From: Candidatus Gastranaerophilales bacterium
GTDB taxonomy: Bacteria > Cyanobacteriota > Vampirovibrionia > Gastranaerophilales > Gastranaerophilaceae
Length of the DNA: 64,000 nt
NCBI GenBank assembly: GCA_947630045.1
Contig: CANRGC010000009.1
Coordinates: 21,566-85,565 of the forward strand
Direction: 5' to 3'
Both the position numbers and the translations under genes were made by a program. Below are positions 27,150 to 36,814 of the stretch, piece after piece; the stretch's first letter is position 1; each line of letters starts with the position of its first letter. The notes under the pieces were generated by a model. That model did no database searches and was not told where the DNA came from. It was given only the letters and a program-made list of their open reading frames with translations.

Positions 27150-27184
27150 AAAGCGCCGGATAGTTTTATCTTTGGCGCTTTTTA
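27150..27184 (+). terminator. intrinsic terminator after rplS
   Basis: aaagcgcc (27150-27157) pairs with ggcgcttt (27174-27181). It is followed by tttaatt. Confidence 0.6.
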
Positions 27185-27204
27185 ATTAAGAAAGGATAAA
27201 AAAA

Positions 27205-28050
27205 ATGAATAATCATATCCACTGGTTTCCGGGACATATTGCAAAGGCAAAAAGTCAACTGAAAGAAAAGCTCAAACAGGTTGATATAATTCTTGAAGTT
27301 ATAGATTCAAGAATTCCTTATTCATCTTCTTATCCTGATATAGAAACTTTAATCGGAAATAAATTAAAAATTATTTTAATGAATAAATCTGACCTTGCAG
27401 ACACTAAAAAAACAAAAATCTGGAAAGAAAAGCTTGAAAAAAAATATAATTGCCCCTGTATTTTGACCACGACAAAAAACGGTAAAGACACAAAAATTAT
27501 TGTTGATAAAATTTTAAAGGAAGCTTCGCCTGTTTTTGAAAAATTAAAAGAAAAAGGTCTTTTATCACGCCCGATAAGAACAATGGTGGTGGGAATGCCA
27601 AATGTCGGAAAATCAAGTATGATAAACAAACTAACCAAAACAAGCAAAACAAAAACAGGTGCAAAAGCGGGAGTTACAAGAATTCAACAGTGGGTCAGAG
27701 TAAATGAAAAAATTGAACTTTTAGACACCCCCGGAATTATTCCAAGCACTCAAGATGACCAAACCAAAATTGTAAGGCTTGCCATGGTAAATTCAATTTC
27801 CGAAAATGCTTATGATAACGAATATGTGGCTTGTGAACTTTTAAAAATTCTTGATAAATATTATAAAAAAGAAACAATGGAATATTACAATCTTGAAGGC
27901 GAAATTACGGTTGAAAACATTGCCAAAAAAAGAAACTGGATAGTAAAAGGTCAACTGCCCGACGTTGAAAGGGCTTCTCAGTTCATCTTAACAAATTTCA
28001 GAGAAGGAAAAATAGGAAACTTTACGCTTGATGAGCCGAATGATTTTTGA
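27205..28050 (+). CDS. rbgA: ribosome biogenesis GTPase A (YlqF/RbgA)
   Basis: HWFPGHIAKAKSQLKEKLKQVDIILEVIDSRIP...NKSDL...GMPNVGKSS...DTPGI shows the circularly permuted G-motif order. Confidence 0.9.
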   Translation: MNNHIHWFPGHIAKAKSQLKEKLKQVDIILEVIDSRIPYSSSYPDIETLIGNKLKIILMNKSDLADTKKTKIWKEKLEKKYNCPCILTTTKNGKDTKIIVDKILKEASPVFEKLKEKGLLSRPIRTMVVGMPNVGKSSMINKLTKTSKTKTGAKAGVTRIQQWVRVNEKIELLDTPGIIPSTQDDQTKIVRLAMVNSISENAYDNEYVACELLKILDKYYKKETMEYYNLEGEITVENIAKKRNWIVKGQLPDVERASQFILTNFREGKIGNFTLDEPNDF

Positions 28051-28678
28051 TTTTGATTTGTTTGAAAAAAATAATTCAAGAACCCTTTTTAATGACGGTT
28101 ATGAATATATTTTGGGCTGTGACGAAGCGGGCAGAGGTCCTGCGGCAGGTCCTTTATTTGTTTCATGCGTTTGTTTTAAAAGTTATGACAATTTATATGA
28201 AACAATGGAAGAGTTAAACGATTCCAAAAAATTAAGCGAAAAAACCAGAGAAAAATTGTTTCCCGTAATTAAAGAAAACTCAATTTATTCAATTCAAAAA
28301 ATTGAAATTGAAACGATAGAAAAAATGAACATTCTAAACGCCTCGTTATACGGAATGAAGCTTGCTTCAATTGAAGTTATTAAAAAATTAAAAACCGAAA
28401 ATGTTCTTGTTTTGGCGGACGGAAACAAACAAATAAAAGATTTTCAATTTCCCCAAAAGGCAATAATTAAAGGCGACTCAACCTCTGCTGCCATTGCTGC
28501 GGCAAGCATTTTATCAAAAGTTTCAAGAGATAATTTTATGATTGAACTCGATAAAAAATATCCGAAATATAATTTTAAAAAAAATAAGGGCTATCTTACA
28601 AAAGAACATATTGAAGCCATTAAAAAGTTTGGAATTAGTGATATCCACAGAAAAAGTTTTTTGAAAAATATCTTATAG
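28028..28678 (+). CDS. rnhB: ribonuclease HII
   Basis: GCDEAGRGPAAGPLFVSCV...DSKKLS...ADGN...KGDS.SAAIAAASILSKVSRD. Confidence 0.9.
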   Translation: MMSRMIFDFDLFEKNNSRTLFNDGYEYILGCDEAGRGPAAGPLFVSCVCFKSYDNLYETMEELNDSKKLSEKTREKLFPVIKENSIYSIQKIEIETIEKMNILNASLYGMKLASIEVIKKLKTENVLVLADGNKQIKDFQFPQKAIIKGDSTSAAIAAASILSKVSRDNFMIELDKKYPKYNFKKNKGYLTKEHIEAIKKFGISDIHRKSFLKNIL

Positions 28679-28702
28679 GGCGATTTTTAGCCGTTTTTAT
28701 TT

Positions 28703-30793
28703 TTAATAGCCTTCGCCGATTGTATCAATGGCTTCAACTCTTATATCCGTGATTAATTCCGAATAAGAAATAACAACAATTGTCGGTATATGTCTTTCAA
28801 GCATTTGATATAAAGGAAGCCTTATTCTTGGCGAACATAAAATTACCGGCTGAACCCCGACGGCCTGATGAGCTTTCATTAAAGTGTTTGCGGTTGTTTC
28901 AATCAGCTCTTGAACTTGCATCGGGTTTAACAGAAACATTGTGCCAAGCTCGGTTCTCTGACAGGAATCATCAAGGGTTTTTTCCCATTCACTCGACAGA
29001 GTAAGAGCATATAAAACCTTGTCTTTGTTGCAGTTTTGCAAACAAATCTGACGCCCCAAAGCGGCTCTTAACCTTTCCGATAAAATATCCGGCTCTTTTG
29101 AAAACCTTGCATAGTCGCAAAGTCTTTCAAAAATGAAGATAATATCTTTAATGGAAACTTTTTCTCTGATGAGGTTAACGAAAATTTTTCTCAGGTCACT
29201 TGTTGAAATAATCGTCGGAACAAGGTCATTTACAAGAGTCGGGTCTTGAGATTTAACAAGTTCCATAAGTTTCAAAACGTCTGTTTTTGTCATAACTTCA
29301 TCAACATATTTTCTGACACAGTCTTGAAGGTGAGTTACAATAACGTCAACGGCGTCAACCGCAACAATTTTAGACCCCCTGTCAACATATTGCGGGTCTA
29401 TCCAATAAGCCTGTGATTGATAGGTTGGGTCTACCGAAACAATAACGTTGTCCGGAACTTTTTTGCCAGAAGCTTCCCACTGGTCTGCAATTACCATAAA
29501 CTTTGAAGGGTAAACAACGCCCGTCGCAACGGTATTGCCCCTTATTGCAATCAAATATTCATTATCTTTTATGGCAGATGAGTCCATAATTCTTATGTTT
29601 GGAATAATATACCCGAGTTCATCCGTTACCCTTTGGCGAAGTGCGGCAATTTTTGCAAGAAGTTGACCGTCTTGATCGGGGTCGGCAATAATTAAAAGTC
29701 CGGAACCGACTTGCAAACTCAAAACGTCAACCCCCAAACGCTCATACATTTTGTTGGGGTTAACCAAATCTTGCATATTTTTTCTGACAGCGTCCAATTG
29801 CCCGAGTTGCGCCTGAACATCCTGATTAACAAGAACTGAAATTGCGCCAAAAATCAACGCCGCCGCAAAAATCAGAAACGGCCACCATGGCAGCCCCGTT
29901 ATTCCGCTTGTCAGCGCAATAAAAAGCAAAAATCCGCAAGCAAGAAACATAGCCTGAGGTTTAGATAAAATCTGAAAAGTGACATCTTTTCCCAAAGATG
30001 TACTGGTACCTGTTGAACGGGTCATCACGATACCGGAAGCAATTGACATTAAAAGCGAAGGCAATTGAGATGAAAGTCCGTCACCGATTGTTAATACCGT
30101 ATATTTATTAACGGCGTCCGCTATGGGCATTTGGTTCATTGCAACACCGATAATCAAGCCGCCTATAATATTAATAACCGCAATAATAATGCCCGCTATC
30201 GTGTCTCCCTTTACAAACTTCATTGCACCATCCATTGAACCGTAGAGAGAAGATTCTCTTTGAAGGTCTTCACGTCGTTTTACCGCTTCTTCGGGAGAAA
30301 TAAGCCCTTGGTTAAAATCGGCGTCAATAGTCATTTGTTTACCCGGCATAGCATCAAGTGCAAATCTGGCGGAAACTTCCGCAATACGTTCGGCACCTTT
30401 TGTAATTACCATAAATTGAACAACGGTTATAATCAAAAATATAACGCCGCCAACAACCATATTTCCGCCCGTAACGAAATTTCCGAACGCATGGACAACT
30501 TCGCCCGCATCCCCTTTTGCAAGAATTAATCTTGTTGAAGCAATTGACAAAACAAGCCTGAACATTGTACCAATCAGGATAATTGAAGGAAAAGAAGCAA
30601 GTTCCAGAGGCTTTTGAACGTATAAAGAAAACATCAAAAGAACAACCCCGAGGGTAATATTCAGTGAAATTGAAAAGTTAATAACCCAGTTTGGAACCTC
30701 AATAAGCAATATTAAAATAAGGGCAATAACAAAAAATGCAAGCCCGATTTCACTTAAAGGATTATTCGCAACGTTCATTTTAGGTTGAGCCAT
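28703..30793 (-). CDS. flhA: flagellar type III export gate protein FlhA
   Basis: 696 aa. TM region with the FHIPEP-type motif (RIAEVSARFALDAMPGKQMTIDADFNQGLISPEEAVKRREDLQRESSLYGSMDGAMKFVKGDTIAGIII). A large cytoplasmic C-domain is present. Confidence 0.9.
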   Translation of the reverse strand: MAQPKMNVANNPLSEIGLAFFVIALILILLIEVPNWVINFSISLNITLGVVLLMFSLYVQKPLELASFPSIILIGTMFRLVLSIASTRLILAKGDAGEVVHAFGNFVTGGNMVVGGVIFLIITVVQFMVITKGAERIAEVSARFALDAMPGKQMTIDADFNQGLISPEEAVKRREDLQRESSLYGSMDGAMKFVKGDTIAGIIIAVINIIGGLIIGVAMNQMPIADAVNKYTVLTIGDGLSSQLPSLLMSIASGIVMTRSTGTSTSLGKDVTFQILSKPQAMFLACGFLLFIALTSGITGLPWWPFLIFAAALIFGAISVLVNQDVQAQLGQLDAVRKNMQDLVNPNKMYERLGVDVLSLQVGSGLLIIADPDQDGQLLAKIAALRQRVTDELGYIIPNIRIMDSSAIKDNEYLIAIRGNTVATGVVYPSKFMVIADQWEASGKKVPDNVIVSVDPTYQSQAYWIDPQYVDRGSKIVAVDAVDVIVTHLQDCVRKYVDEVMTKTDVLKLMELVKSQDPTLVNDLVPTIISTSDLRKIFVNLIREKVSIKDIIFIFERLCDYARFSKEPDILSERLRAALGRQICLQNCNKDKVLYALTLSSEWEKTLDDSCQRTELGTMFLLNPMQVQELIETTANTLMKAHQAVGVQPVILCSPRIRLPLYQMLERHIPTIVVISYSELITDIRVEAIDTIGEGY

Positions 30794-30797
30794 TTAA

Positions 30798-31652
30798 CTA
30801 TTCGCCCCCCTGATAAATGCCGAAAGCGTTTTGAACAATAGCAAGCTGGGTTGAAAAATTAGCGTCTATTACCCCGTTTGTTGCAATCACGGTACAGCTT
30901 CCCCTGTCTATAAGTTCATCTCCCACAATGTTTATTTTAACATCAACAGCGTTTTCAGACAAAATTTCAGGCAATGAAACCTTTGCAAAATCAACATCTT
31001 CGGGGTTAACTTTAACGGTGACTTTTTCTTCACCGCTGTTTAATTCGCCAAAAACTTCGCTCATAACCGCCTTTAACACTTCATTGGAAGACTCTGCTTC
31101 TTTTTTAATGATTTTTTTTGCCACTTCAAGAGCAATTTCAAGCACATGAGGCTCTATCTCTTTATAAACTTCCTGTTTTGCACCGACAAAATCTTCAAGA
31201 GAAGTCTTTAACATGTCAATTTCGTTTTGCGCTTCCAACAGTCCGCTTTTATAGCCTTCTTTTGCCGCTATCTCTCTGATTGAAAGGGCTTCTTCCTGTG
31301 CACGTGAAACAAGGGTTCTTTCGTCAATTCTTCTGAAACCCCTTCTTCTTTCGCCCCTTCTTCTTTCAAATCTTTCTTTAAATTCAAGCTCTGATACGTC
31401 TATTTTTTCATATTCTTCAAGTTTAATTTGGGCTTTTGTTTTTTGATTTTCGGATAAATTGTTTTCTTCGCCGGAAGAAACATTCTCAGCTTGAATTTGG
31501 GCTTCTTTTTCCTTCTTTTCCAAAGCCATTTGTTTTAAGGGGTTAACTTTTTTCTTAACTCCGCCCTTAATTATATTTTTTGAACCCGAAGAAGCCTTTT
31601 GCCCGACGGGTTCCTGTTCTTTTTCCTTGTTAACTTTCTTTTTAATTATCAT
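30798..31652 (-). CDS. fliH: flagellar assembly protein FliH (export ATPase regulator)
   Basis: The C-terminal two-thirds fit FliH: EGYKSGLLEAQNEI...LEIALEVAKKIIKKEAESSNEVLKAVMSEV...VTVKVNPEDVDF...IVGDELIDRGSCTVIATNGVIDANFSTQLAIVQNAF. The N-terminus is K/E-rich with an ERRRGERRRGFRR tract. Confidence 0.75.
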   Translation of the reverse strand: MIIKKKVNKEKEQEPVGQKASSGSKNIIKGGVKKKVNPLKQMALEKKEKEAQIQAENVSSGEENNLSENQKTKAQIKLEEYEKIDVSELEFKERFERRRGERRRGFRRIDERTLVSRAQEEALSIREIAAKEGYKSGLLEAQNEIDMLKTSLEDFVGAKQEVYKEIEPHVLEIALEVAKKIIKKEAESSNEVLKAVMSEVFGELNSGEEKVTVKVNPEDVDFAKVSLPEILSENAVDVKINIVGDELIDRGSCTVIATNGVIDANFSTQLAIVQNAFGIYQGGE

Positions 31653-31654
31653 TT

Positions 31655-32641
31655 TTATGAAAGCTTTTCTTCCAAATATTTACAAATGACATTTCCCACT
31701 CTGGATGGAATTTTTGCCAATTCTTTTGTATATGGTGCCATAACAAACTGTTTAATGTTTGGTCTTTCATTCTCTATAATATTTGAAATTTCATTTTTAT
31801 CCTTAGTTTTAACAATTTTAAACAATTTAGCGTAAACTCTATCCATGGAAACCACCTTTGGTTCAGGCAGAACCTCTTTAATTTCAGATAAACACCTGAT
31901 TGTAATACCTTTGTCTATTTTTTGCTCCAAATTAGGCATCTTAATATATTGTAATAAAACCTGAGCTTCAGATTGGTTGAATTTGCTGATTATGTTTTGG
32001 GCTTTCTGTTCGGGAAGTTTTTTGATTAAAAGCGCAAGTGAAGCCAGTTTTAAAATTTTTGCATCAGAAAGGTCCTCGCCCAAATGTTCCTGATCATATT
32101 CCTGCTGGCTCATAGCGTCGATACTCGACTGGCTCATCGTATTTTCGGCAAGCGCCTCGTCAATTTTGCCCTTCTTTTTTAAATCGTCTATTGCGTTTCT
32201 AAAACAATTTTTTACCTGATTTTCAATAACGGTAATAACTTGTTCCTGAGGCAGATTTCTGCTTATTGCCTGTTTTGCGATTTCAAAAACAGTAAAAGCA
32301 ACTTTTTGTAAAACGCTTTCCCTTAAATCTAAGGGAATTCCGCCATTTATAAGGTCAACCGATTTATGAAAAGTCCACTCTCCGATAAATTGGGTTATAA
32401 TGCTTGCCTGTTGGGCATTAAGGTCATATTTAACATCCTTTACAAGGGCGTCACCGCACAGAAGACAAAATTTATGGACAATTTCAACTATAAATTTTTT
32501 GTCTTCGTCTTGTATATTTGGCGGAACAACCTGACTTGCTTCCATAGCAAGATTTTTAGCAAAAGCTCTCGGGTCAAAACCCTCTATAACTCTTGCCTCG
32601 GGCTGTGCATTATCCTGTTTTTGTTCTTTAGCCGGCGGCAT
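31655..32641 (-). CDS. protein in the fliG position. Only a partial FliG_N-like segment is recognisable, so this is an atypical FliG or a FliF-docking protein.
   Basis: Synteny is fliF-X-fliH, and the 328-aa length fits FliG. No EHPQR-type middle-domain motif, no MFxF motif and no charged torque helix can be found. Residues ~190-255 resemble FliG_N. See findings. Confidence 0.45.
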   Translation of the reverse strand: MPPAKEQKQDNAQPEARVIEGFDPRAFAKNLAMEASQVVPPNIQDEDKKFIVEIVHKFCLLCGDALVKDVKYDLNAQQASIITQFIGEWTFHKSVDLINGGIPLDLRESVLQKVAFTVFEIAKQAISRNLPQEQVITVIENQVKNCFRNAIDDLKKKGKIDEALAENTMSQSSIDAMSQQEYDQEHLGEDLSDAKILKLASLALLIKKLPEQKAQNIISKFNQSEAQVLLQYIKMPNLEQKIDKGITIRCLSEIKEVLPEPKVVSMDRVYAKLFKIVKTKDKNEISNIIENERPNIKQFVMAPYTKELAKIPSRVGNVICKYLEEKLS

Positions 32642-32672
32642 TTTTATATCCCCTAAGAAAGATTATACAACA

Positions 32673-34376
32673 TTAACCCGCTTCTATCCAGCTTTTTAAT
32701 TTTTCAATGGCTTCAATATCATCAACCCCCGAATAGTCCATTGCAAGTTCGGATATGGCATCATCAATTTCTTCATCTTTATTATCCTTAGCGGGGGGGT
32801 TTTGTGCTTGCATTGCAGCCTGTTGCGCCTGAATTTTTTGAAGATTTTGTTGTTCTATTAAGTTTTGAGCCATTGCAGCCTGTCTTTGAATTAATTCCTG
32901 AGCCTTGGAATTAACATCTTGAAGCTGTCTTTCCTGTTCTTCCGCTTTTTCTCTTAATTCGTTCAGTTCATTATTATGTTTGTCTTGTTCAGATTTAACT
33001 TTATCCGTAATAAATTTAAGCCCGCCTGCCAGTACAACAAACATAACAAGCCATAAAACCCACCACGGATTTCCCGATTCTTCGGGGTTTGGAAGTTTGC
33101 TTGCGCTGTCGGGCGCTAAAATTGAGCTTCCCGATTCAACAAAAGCAATCGAAACATTGTCGGGGCTGACCAACGGGCTTGCCGCATGAGCAATAAGGTT
33201 TTTTAAATCGTTAATTGTCATACTCATTGGAATTGCAGATTGGTCAAGCGAAACGGCAATTGAAATTTCTTGAATTACCCCTTCTCTTGTATATTCGTTA
33301 ACCTGAGTTTTTGTAACCCCGTATTGAGTTTCATGCGCTTGTCTTACATACTTTCTGTCTTGAGAAGAATTTTGTCCCGAAGTCGGAACACCGTATGGCA
33401 AATAAACGCTTACGGCATTTATTGCGGAATTGTTGTCAGCCGATGTATCGCCCAATTTTTCGGTGAAGCCTTGTTCGGATACTGCCGCTTTTGAACTCGG
33501 GTCATAGATTATGCTTGTTTTTTCAACGGGTGCCTGAGTTAAAAATGTTGAAACCGTAACTACATATTTTCCGCTTCCGACAAGTTTATCAAGCTGGGCT
33601 GAAACTTTTTGCTGCATATATTTATCGTTTTCTTCGATTTTTGCAAGTGCGTCATTTGCTCCGCCGATTATGCTTGCATAGACCACCCCGTTTGTATCGG
33701 TAATCGAAATGTCTTCCGCTTTTAAACCTTGAACTGCGCCCATAAGAAGGTTTGTTATGGCTTTAACCTTCATAGCGTCAAGCCTGTCCCCGACATCTAA
33801 TTGAACTTGAACGGTTGCCGTTATGGGTTTTTGGTTTGCCGCAAACAAAGATTGTTCGGGCATTGAAACAAAAACCTGTGCATTTTTAATCGGGGGTATT
33901 TTTCTTATGAGTCTGGCAAGTTCCCCGTTCATAGCCCTTATAAGACGAATTCTTTTATCTTCTTTTGTAGATGTAAAATCGCCTTTATCAAAAATTTCTA
34001 AACCGGTGTGTTCCTCAACAAGACCGGATTCGACAATTTTTACAATTGCCTGATCTTTTTGGTCTTCCGTTATTTTGTCGTCTTTTGATAAAACAATAGC
34101 CGTTTTTGAACCGTCGGCAGCTCTCCTTGTTTTAATGTTATATCTTGCAAGAAGGGCTTGAACCTCAATTGCAACGCCGGGTTTATCCGTTGAAATAAGC
34201 GTAACGTTTTCGCTTATGATTGGAGATTTTTGAACAGCAACACCGTCCGCACTCTTACCGGAAGAACCGAAAGCAACCGCACAAACGGCAATAATAAGAA
34301 TGAGAACTATGGCAACTGCCCCTGCTATAACCCCGTAAAATACGGGTTTGTTTTCCATTAATTTGTGAAAATCCAT
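32673..34376 (-). CDS. fliF: flagellar MS-ring protein FliF
   Basis: 567 aa. N-terminal TM helix (VFYGVIAGAVAIVLILIIAVCAVAF). YscJ/FliF periplasmic ring-building region. Second TM helix (WWVLWLVMFVVLAGGLKFI). Q-rich cytoplasmic tail ending DDIEAIEKLKSWIEAG. Confidence 0.85.
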   Translation of the reverse strand: MDFHKLMENKPVFYGVIAGAVAIVLILIIAVCAVAFGSSGKSADGVAVQKSPIISENVTLISTDKPGVAIEVQALLARYNIKTRRAADGSKTAIVLSKDDKITEDQKDQAIVKIVESGLVEEHTGLEIFDKGDFTSTKEDKRIRLIRAMNGELARLIRKIPPIKNAQVFVSMPEQSLFAANQKPITATVQVQLDVGDRLDAMKVKAITNLLMGAVQGLKAEDISITDTNGVVYASIIGGANDALAKIEENDKYMQQKVSAQLDKLVGSGKYVVTVSTFLTQAPVEKTSIIYDPSSKAAVSEQGFTEKLGDTSADNNSAINAVSVYLPYGVPTSGQNSSQDRKYVRQAHETQYGVTKTQVNEYTREGVIQEISIAVSLDQSAIPMSMTINDLKNLIAHAASPLVSPDNVSIAFVESGSSILAPDSASKLPNPEESGNPWWVLWLVMFVVLAGGLKFITDKVKSEQDKHNNELNELREKAEEQERQLQDVNSKAQELIQRQAAMAQNLIEQQNLQKIQAQQAAMQAQNPPAKDNKDEEIDDAISELAMDYSGVDDIEAIEKLKSWIEAG

Positions 34377-34447
34377 TGCAATTTATTTCTTTTTACTGAT
34401 GATGTCAGATATGATTATTATACATTGTTTTAAACTCAAGAGAATAA

Positions 34448-34774
34448 CTATATTGAAATTTGCATAACTTTTTCATACGTTTGGATGACTTTTCCCAAAG
34501 CTGTAGTTGCAATATTTAATTGAATTTCAGATTTTTGCATTGCCGCCATAACATCGTGGATATCGGCTTTATCAAGCATTAAATCTTGCACTAACTGATC
34601 CGGAGCATTCAAATCGGTATTTAACTGTTCGACCATTCCGCCCATAACATCCTTAAAGTCAGGTGTTTCCGGCTGTTCTATACTTTTAAATCGAACAGGA
34701 CCGTTGAACGTTGAAATTTTACTCGGTTCAATTCTTTCGTTTAAATTAATTCTCGGTGAAATACCGTCGACCAT
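34448..34774 (-). CDS. fliE: flagellar hook-basal body complex protein FliE
   Basis: 108 aa. FKDVMGGMVEQLN......ADIHDVMAAMQKSEIQLNIATTALGKVIQTYEKVMQISI is a typical FliE C-terminus. Confidence 0.8.
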   Translation of the reverse strand: MVDGISPRINLNERIEPSKISTFNGPVRFKSIEQPETPDFKDVMGGMVEQLNTDLNAPDQLVQDLMLDKADIHDVMAAMQKSEIQLNIATTALGKVIQTYEKVMQISI

Positions 34775-34790
34775 AGTTTTACCCTCTTTT

Positions 34791-35444
34791 TTATAAGTAC
34801 ATGCTTAAAATGGAATTAACGTAATTTTGTGTTTCTTTATAAGGGGGAACCCCGTTATATTTGCTTACCGCATTTGGACCCGCATTATATGCCGCAAGCG
34901 CCAATATTTTATTCCCGTGAAATCTGTCAAGAAGGCTTTTTAAATAGCGAACTCCGCCTTCTATATTATCTTTCGGGTCCATGGGGTCTTTAACTCCAAG
35001 CCCTTCTGCCGTTTTTGGCATTAGCTGCATTAAGCCCATTGCCCCTACTTTAGATTTTGCATTCGGGTTAAAGCCTGATTCCTGTTGGATAAGAGCGCAA
35101 ACGAGTTTTGAATCAACATTATATTTTGAACATGCATTGTCAATCATACCCATTATTTCAGCCTTAACATCTTTTGTTTTAACTTTCGCCCCGACGGAAA
35201 GTGAGCCAAAAGGAATGTTCGGAGGCGGATCAAGTTTGAAAACGCTGTTATTATCCAAAATTTCATCCGCCGATGTTTTTAAAACTTCGTTAAAAGGTTT
35301 TGAGCCAAACTCCTCTTTTTGTTCCGTTTGCTGAGGTTTTTGACCGTAGAGCGTTTCAATGTAAGCGTCCAATTGTCTTGCACGTGTCATTGCAGCCTGT
35401 TCGCCTGATGAATTTATGTAATTTTGGATGGTTGGATTAAACAT
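34791..35444 (-). CDS. SLT-domain lytic transglycosylase, first gene of the flagellar operon
   Basis: [34 protein letters not shown]...[13 protein letters not shown] carries the catalytic ES motif. It ends 16 nt upstream of fliE. Confidence 0.85.
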   Translation of the reverse strand: MFNPTIQNYINSSGEQAAMTRARQLDAYIETLYGQKPQQTEQKEEFGSKPFNEVLKTSADEILDNNSVFKLDPPPNIPFGSLSVGAKVKTKDVKAEIMGMIDNACSKYNVDSKLVCALIQQESGFNPNAKSKVGAMGLMQLMPKTAEGLGVKDPMDPKDNIEGGVRYLKSLLDRFHGNKILALAAYNAGPNAVSKYNGVPPYKETQNYVNSILSMYL

Positions 35445-35657
35445 AAATCAATCATTAACTCCCCAAAAGACATTATCGTCCTTCAGTTTATTTAACTTCA
35501 TTAAAAACCCTTTAATATCATCTAAATTAATGATTTTTAATTTTTGGTCACAAAAATAGTCCAAATTATGTAACGAAAAATTAACAAAAATGGACGAGAT
35601 TGTTTGAAAAAATGTTTAAAGAAAAATTTTAATACTATAATTATGCTTGAGGACAAA

Positions 35658-36140
35658 ATGGCAAAAGAAGAAAAAATTGCAATATACCCTGGTAGCTTCG
35701 ACCCCATAACAAAAGGTCATTTAGACATTTTGCAAAGAGCAAGCGCCATGTTTGACAAGGTTATTATTGCGGTTTTGAAAAACAGCAGAAAAACGTCATT
35801 TATTCCTGTAAAAGACAGAGTTGAACTGATAAAAAAATCGGTTCAGGGAATTGAAAATGTTGATGTTGCATATTTTGAAGGTTTAACCGTAGATTATGCA
35901 AGAAAAACAGGAGCAAAGTTCTTAATAAGGGGGTTAAGAGCGGTTTCCGATTTTGAATATGAAATGCAGCTTTCACAGGCAAATATGTCGGTTGCACCGG
36001 AAATCGGAACAGTGTTTTTAATCACAAAACCTGAATATAACTTCATTTCATCGGGAATTGTTAAAGAACTCGCTCAATATGGAGAAGACATCTCAAAATT
36101 TGTTCCACAAAGCGTAGCAGAATATTTTAAACAATCATAA
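35658..36140 (+). CDS. coaD: phosphopantetheine adenylyltransferase
   Basis: IAIYPGSFDPITKGHLDILQRAS...LIRGLRAVSDFEYEMQLS. The start was moved to ATG 35658. Confidence 0.95.
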   Translation: MAKEEKIAIYPGSFDPITKGHLDILQRASAMFDKVIIAVLKNSRKTSFIPVKDRVELIKKSVQGIENVDVAYFEGLTVDYARKTGAKFLIRGLRAVSDFEYEMQLSQANMSVAPEIGTVFLITKPEYNFISSGIVKELAQYGEDISKFVPQSVAEYFKQS

Positions 36141-36158
36141 GAAAGGTATGAGCATAAA

Positions 36159-36737
36159 ATGGTACAAGAAGGAATCCAGATATTTGCATTAAGCCAAAAG
36201 CTTGAAGAATTGTATGATGAAGGTTTTCACATCATTCCCAATCATTTAATGATTGTAAAAAGTAAAGAATTGGCAAAAATCGTAGATTCTCTTGCAAATT
36301 CTATTGATGACGACATTAACATTGCAAAACGCATTTTAAGAAACAAAGAAGAAATTATTGAAGACGCCAAAATTAAGGCAGAGCGAATTATTCAAGACGC
36401 CGAAAATGAAAGAAGAAGAATTTTGGATGAGTCTTCTTTAAGACGTGAAATGGAAGAACAGGCAAAAGCCTTCAGAGAAAAAGTTATTCAAGAGTGCGAA
36501 ACCATTAAAATGAAAGCTTTCGGCGAAGCGGAAGGCATAAGAATAGCTTCAAACGAAGACGCACTTAAAATGAAAGACGGCGCTCAGGCTTATGCTCAAC
36601 AAATATTATTAAAACTTGAACAAGACTTAAACAGTCTGTTTCAGGTGGTTAAAAACGGACAACAATATATAAACGAGCTTCGCAATTTAAACGACGAAAA
36701 TGAAGCAAAATATTCAAGAGAAAATCAAAGAAGATAA
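36159..36737 (+). CDS. hypothetical coiled-coil protein (ATP-synthase b/E-subunit-like heptad region)
   Basis: 192 aa with charged heptad repeats (EEIIEDAKIKAERIIQDAENERRRILDES...). No catalytic motif is present. Confidence 0.55.
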   Translation: MVQEGIQIFALSQKLEELYDEGFHIIPNHLMIVKSKELAKIVDSLANSIDDDINIAKRILRNKEEIIEDAKIKAERIIQDAENERRRILDESSLRREMEEQAKAFREKVIQECETIKMKAFGEAEGIRIASNEDALKMKDGAQAYAQQILLKLEQDLNSLFQVVKNGQQYINELRNLNDENEAKYSRENQRR

Positions 36738-36768
36738 CTTTTTTATAAATTAAAAAAGTTGCAAACGC

Positions 36769-36797
36769 TTATTTAATAATATAAAATGGCAAATAAA
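36769..36797 (+). promoter_or_regulatory. candidate sigma70-type promoter (TTGCAA-17 nt-TAAAAT)
   Basis: ttgcaa at 36769-36774 and taaaat at 36792-36797. The site lies 18 nt upstream of the lipoprotein gene ATG region. Confidence 0.3.
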
Positions 36798-36814
36798 AAG
36801 AAGGGTTTACAAAC

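Noticed and set aside
35449-35505. 17-codon mini-ORF (MKLNKLKDDNVFWGVND) just upstream of the slt-fliE operon
   Set aside because: It is too short, lacks an SD, and has no conservation evidence available. It is most likely promoter or leader DNA.
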